Below, one piece after another: positions 59,326 to 64,000 of a stretch of DNA of 64,000 bases. Position 1 is the stretch's first letter. Each line of letters starts with the position of its first letter. The position numbers and the translations under genes were made by a program. The notes beneath the pieces were generated by a model. That model did no database searches and was not told the DNA's origin. It saw nothing but the letters and a program-made list of their open reading frames with translations. This stretch comes from the human T2T-CHM13v2.0 reference genome, Homo sapiens, in assembly GCF_009914755.1 (NCBI RefSeq), contig NC_060926.1; one strand, 5' to 3'.

Positions 59326-60763
59326 AGATATATGGATTATGGGTAAAATTTTAATATGTAAAAGTTTTGAGGAAGAATTATAAATACCTGTGACCAACAA
59401 TAGTAGTTACATCTATTTTCTTAAAAGGCAAAATTATTTTTAAGAGGAATATAATTCACTAAAAGTAAATGTTTAAATAAAACCAAATAATTTTAAGTGC
59501 GATTCATTCAAGCATCATGTGTGGTGGTGATGAGGAAAGCCAAATACTTATTTTAATCATAATCAGAGAAATGTCCAGGAGTAAATAGATATCTGAAAGA
59601 CATTCTTTAGCCAGCAACAGTAACAGTAGATGCTGCTAGGGATCAGATAAAATACAGAATATATCTTTTCTTTTTTTTCTGCTCATGTCATCTATGGCCA
59701 TAAAAAAATAATAAGCTTGTAATTATGCAACTTGCTGATATACTTATTTTAAATGGAACCTTGATTGTTTACAAATCAAGTTTTTCACTCTACTAGCACA
59801 AATGGTGGGATTTTTATTACTTCTCGTTGGCAATAAACTTGGTTATGTATAAAAAAGCATGCAAATCAAATACTATCAGTATTTTTTTTTCAATTTGTCT
59901 TTATCTTAGTACCCTTAATGTAGTAATGAAGAGTAGCACTGATTTACGCGACAAGGCTTGATCAGAATGCAAGTAAAAATAAATGTTTTATTTGCTAATT
60001 TTTATACCATTACCCAGAATTATTTCTCAAGTCTCAACTACTTCTTGTTATGGTTAGCATCTATGTTATTGTTAAGTAATGGAGTATCTTTCAGTTTGTA
60101 AAGAGCACTTTAGAAATTAAGAAACTGGCATCACAAAGAACATTTTGAGGATTTAAATATCCTCAGGCAGAAAAAGCTTGTCTTCTCTGAGATAATCAGG
60201 AAAATATGATCATGATTAAAATAATTTTGCCTTCTTTCAGTAGTACTGAAAATTCTATAGTTCAAGAGAAGTTATGTACAGTACAGGAGATTAAAACTAG
60301 TTGGCAAAGATTTTGCTTGAAATAGAAATTGAGAATGTCTTCTGTGAAATTCTCTCATTATATATTACACAGCATAACGGCCTTTAATTTAGTTACGTCC
60401 CTCAGAGCACAGTGTGTTTACTTATTCCTGCAGAATCACAGTTAAAGGAGAACCATGTAACTTTTAAGGCAACAGAATTCATGTGTTACTTAATCTCATT
60501 TCTCCAGTTCTATGTACCTTTTGCACATCAGTCTACCAAGGCTTTGTATTTTTATTAAAAACAAACAAACAAATAAAAACTAAGTGACTTGTCTTATTCT
60601 TTCAACAAATATTTAAGTAAGGCCTACATAGAAAGTAAATAAGCAGAGTTTGGTTTCTGTCTTCCATAAAGTTAAAATCTAGACAGGATATCAACTTTTT
60701 CAAAGTATTATTTGAATGAATATGTTTTAAATGGAAGTAAAGTACAGCAATACCATAATAAGG

Positions 60764-61278
60764 TGTTTTGTTTGGTTGGTTGTTTGGCTTGTTGCAAGAG
60801 GATCAATTGCTAAAGGAGTTTAATTTCCTCAAGAAAGAGGACTCATGGGGGGAATCCTGAAAGGCATCATGGCTGGCTATTTTCCAAGGAAGACAGGTAA
60901 TGCTTGGTGCAGGTCATCGGGAGTAGATAATCAACTTGTTTTTGTTGACAGTCTAAAAGAAGAACCCATGAGACCCTTGGAAGATGGACAGGACAAGAAA
61001 ACAGATAGGGGTTGGGAGAAAACTCTAAATTCCAATCACTCTACAGGTTGGCAGTAAGGACTGTTCTTGAAGCTGCTGAAGCAAAAATAGAGAAACGAGT
61101 CCAGAAATACACGCCAGAATATTCTTGACCAAGTTAAACTGATTAGGCTTTTTTCCTGAAAGTCATAGTAGGAAAAAGGAAATTCCTCTGGTTGGTCTTC
61201 CCAGTTACCCAAATGATCCTAGGGGAGTTAGGAGCCCTGATTTCTGAAATCAGGCTGGAGTGCCACCCCTGAGTTACA
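60764..61278. mobile_element. Possible ancient LTR (family uncertain)
   Basis: GC-richer ~500 bp island with TG..CA-like ends ('..gccacccctgagttaca'); only a weak resemblance to old ERV1 LTRs. Confidence 0.3.
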
Positions 61279-61725
61279 GGGAGAGGAGACCATATGTACC
61301 TGTAAGTGTTGCAAAGGTTTGAAAAGGGGCTTTTGTATGGGTGAGAGCATTCACATTAAGGCTCACATGGTAGAAGGTACTTAAAATTGTTCTTGCTGTA
61401 CAGGATTTAAATGGACAGATTGACAACTTATATTCTAGCAAAAGTGCCCCTTCAACTTTAAGTAGAACACTCCGCAATTACCGAGCTTCTTAAGAGAATT
61501 ACATTGTCAAATCTTCTCAGGAGATTCTTTATTGTTATGAGTCTTTTAGGTACATTAACCTTGCAGAAAATGGTGGTAGAAGTGATTCTCAGAATTTCTA
61601 ATATATATGTCTCTCAACTATAACATCTAACTTTTTAAGCTGTGTATTTTTTCTAGTGTAACAACCACAAGCACTTGCTGATGAAATATCTCCGTATTAT
61701 ATTTTTCTAATTTATGTTTTCACTC

Positions 61726-62046
61726 TTTGTTTTTTTTGTTTTGTTTTCTTTTGTTTTGTTTTAGACAGGGCCTTGCTCTATCACCCAGGATGTAGTGCAG
61801 TGTCATGATCTCAGCTCACGGCAACCTCCATCTCCTGGGTTCAAGTGATTCTCCTGCCTCAGCCTCCTGAGTAGCTGGGATTACAAGCACGCACCACCAT
61901 GCCTAGCTAATTTTATATTTTTAGTAGAAATATAAAAATTTTTGTCATCTTGGCCAGGCTGGTCTCAAACTCCTGACCTCTGGTGACCCATCTGCCTCAG
62001 CCTCTCAAAGTGCTGGGATTACAGGCATGAGCCACTATGCCCAGCC
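61726..62046 (-). mobile_element. AluS (Sx/Sz-like) with (CAAAA)n tail
   Basis: Dimeric Alu ending 'gccactatgcccagcc'. Confidence 0.95.
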
Positions 62047-62152
62047 ATAATTAATTAATTTATTAATATATATTCACCAAATCATTACTTAGGGCCTCAT
62101 TTTTGCCAAGCACTGCACTAGGTCTGTAAATACAACAATGAAAAAAGCATGG

Positions 62153-62440
62153 TTATTTACTTAGTTTTATTGTACATATTTGTGGGGTACATTGTGAAAT
62201 TTTGATGTATGTATACATGTATCTCTATACACGTTGTGTAATAATTAAACCAAATAATTAACATATACATCACCTCGCCTAGTTATTTTTTTGCGATGAG
62301 AACACTTGAAATATACAATACATTATTATTTACTATAGTTACCATGGTGTTCAATATATCACTAAAACTTTCTCCTTGTGTCTAACCAAAACTTTGTACT
62401 CTTTGACCGACATCTCCCCTTTCCCCATCCCCAACTCCCT
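62153..62440 (-). mobile_element. L1MA7/8-like 3' end
   Basis: 'ttgtacatatttgtggggtaca..aattaacatatacatcacctc..actttgtactctttgacc'. Confidence 0.85.
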
Positions 62441-63414
62441 AAAAGAAAGGGATGAGGTTGCCTGAGATAGGGCATGAAGATAGGACTTTAGGAATAATAT
62501 TGAAGGTAGGCTGACAACACTAGAGGCTGAATATTACTTCTTTCATTGTGTTTTGATAACGTGATCTCAGTTTTTCAGTGCTATATGTAACTGCTACATA
62601 AGCATGAGCTGTGTTTATGCCTGATACCAGTATCAAATATTAATCATGATGGGAACCTTCACTATATGTCTTACATCACAGAATTCTGATATTGGTCCAG
62701 AAACATATCAAAATAATGCCTCATTTTTATCATGTAAAAACATGTCATAAATTTAGCTAAACTCTTGAATTTCATTGAGATTTTTGGTGTATACATTGGT
62801 AAAATTGGAAGAACAATAAAGTTTAATATGTAAACATAAACATAATGTTGAACTTGCATGAAATCAAAATTTGTTAAACTTAGCAAAAGCATCTTAGAAT
62901 ACCTTTTGAAAACAGGATACAGAGAAAGAATGACTCATGGAGTTCATCTTAGAGTCATGGAAGTGGAATTTTTACCAAATAATTATTCAGAACCATTGCT
63001 ATAATAAAGTAGCAAAAGCTAAACTCAAGCCAAAGACATAGAAAATGGTATTATTGCTTATTATAAGTAAAATTTTTGGTAAATGGGACTTTTAAACTAA
63101 TTAATCATATTTAATATCTGGAATATAGCCAATGAAAATACTACCTTTTATAATTTTAATATACATAAATCAGAATGTTATAGATCTCAAGGGAAATTTA
63201 GAGTATTTACAAAAGCACAATTGTCCATAATAAAATGTGTACTTAAGATAGAATGGTATAAAACCAATCTACAAATGACCACAAAGTAACTTTTGCGTGC
63301 ATATATATATATATACACCAAATTTAGCAAATGCATCTGCCTAACTATAATTTATTTACAATATGTCAAGAATTGACTTGAGATCTGCAATATAAGGTAC
63401 CATAATAGCTCAGA

Positions 63415-63995
63415 GTAACATTTAACATTTATTACATTTTTACTGTACCAGTCAACTGGTTAGGCATGTTACATCACTTTATCCTTACAGCAACCTTAAG
63501 AGCTAGGTAAAAAACACTTTATAAAAGTAATTTAAATTAGGATTTTCAGAGGTTAAGAGGCTTGCTTTATTAGTCCATTCTCATGCTTCTATGAAGAAAT
63601 ACCCAAGACTGGGTAATTTATAAAGAAGAGAGGTTTAATTGACTCACAGTTATGTATGGCTGGGGAGGCCTCAGGAAACTTACAATCATGGCAGAAAGAA
63701 CCTCTTCACAGGGCAACAGGAGAGAGAATGAGTGCAAGCAGGGAAAATGCCAAAGGCTTATAAAACCATCAGATCTCCTGAGACTACTCAATATCATGAG
63801 CCCAGCGTGGAGGAAACCACTGCCATGATTCAATTACCTCTACCTGGTCCTGCCCTTGACACATAGGGATTATGAGGATTACAATTCAAGGTGAGATTTG
63901 GGTAGAGAAACAGAACCAAACCATATCACTTGCTTAAAAATACTTAACTGGAAAATATAAGAGCCTTGACTGAAATTCACTTCTCTATGACTCCA
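63415..63995 (-). mobile_element. MIR split by the THE1D LTR
   Basis: 'taacatttatt..tttaatccttacagcaacc..cagaggttaag..cttgc' resumes after 63928. Confidence 0.6.
63566..63928 (-). mobile_element. THE1D/MSTA-like MaLR solo LTR
   Basis: 'tattagtccattctc..gagatttggg..ccaaaccatatca'; 5-bp TSD cttgc at 63561-65 and 63929-33. Confidence 0.92.
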
Positions 63996-64000
63996 ATTCT

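Overview
This is AT-rich, CpG-poor, repeat-dense genomic DNA of a simian primate (human-like), consistent with a gene desert or a very long intron. I find no protein-coding gene. Nearly every ORF in the track is a fragment of L1 ORF2, the L1 3' end, Alu, THE1/MaLR or HSMAR2, or a chance AT-rich ORF. The window holds 5 Alus, L1 copies of many ages (L1PA3/5/7-8/13, L1PB1, L1MA, L1MC, L1ME), a complete two-LTR THE1C element, solo LTRs (MER34-like, MER89, MER41, MLT1D, MLT1E, THE1D), DNA transposon relics (HSMAR2, MER2, MER3, MER5, MER20, MER94, Tigger4a) and many MIR/L2 fragments. Family and subfamily names come from my recollection of consensus sequences, not from a RepeatMasker run. I cannot support a new gene system. 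The two most interesting structures are: (1) a 3.9 kb insert in an MLT1D LTR (16.5-20.5 kb) with the geometry of an L1PB 3' transduction inverted by twin priming, which carried an HSMAR2 mariner DNA transposon; (2) a head-to-head pair of L1PA elements (51.7-59.3 kb) that look like different subfamilies yet share private inactivating mutations (RT FADD>FADN and the same stop codon), pointing to gene conversion within a ~3 kb inverted repeat. Several small template-switch or palindrome scars and some speculative minus-strand splice signals are also reported.
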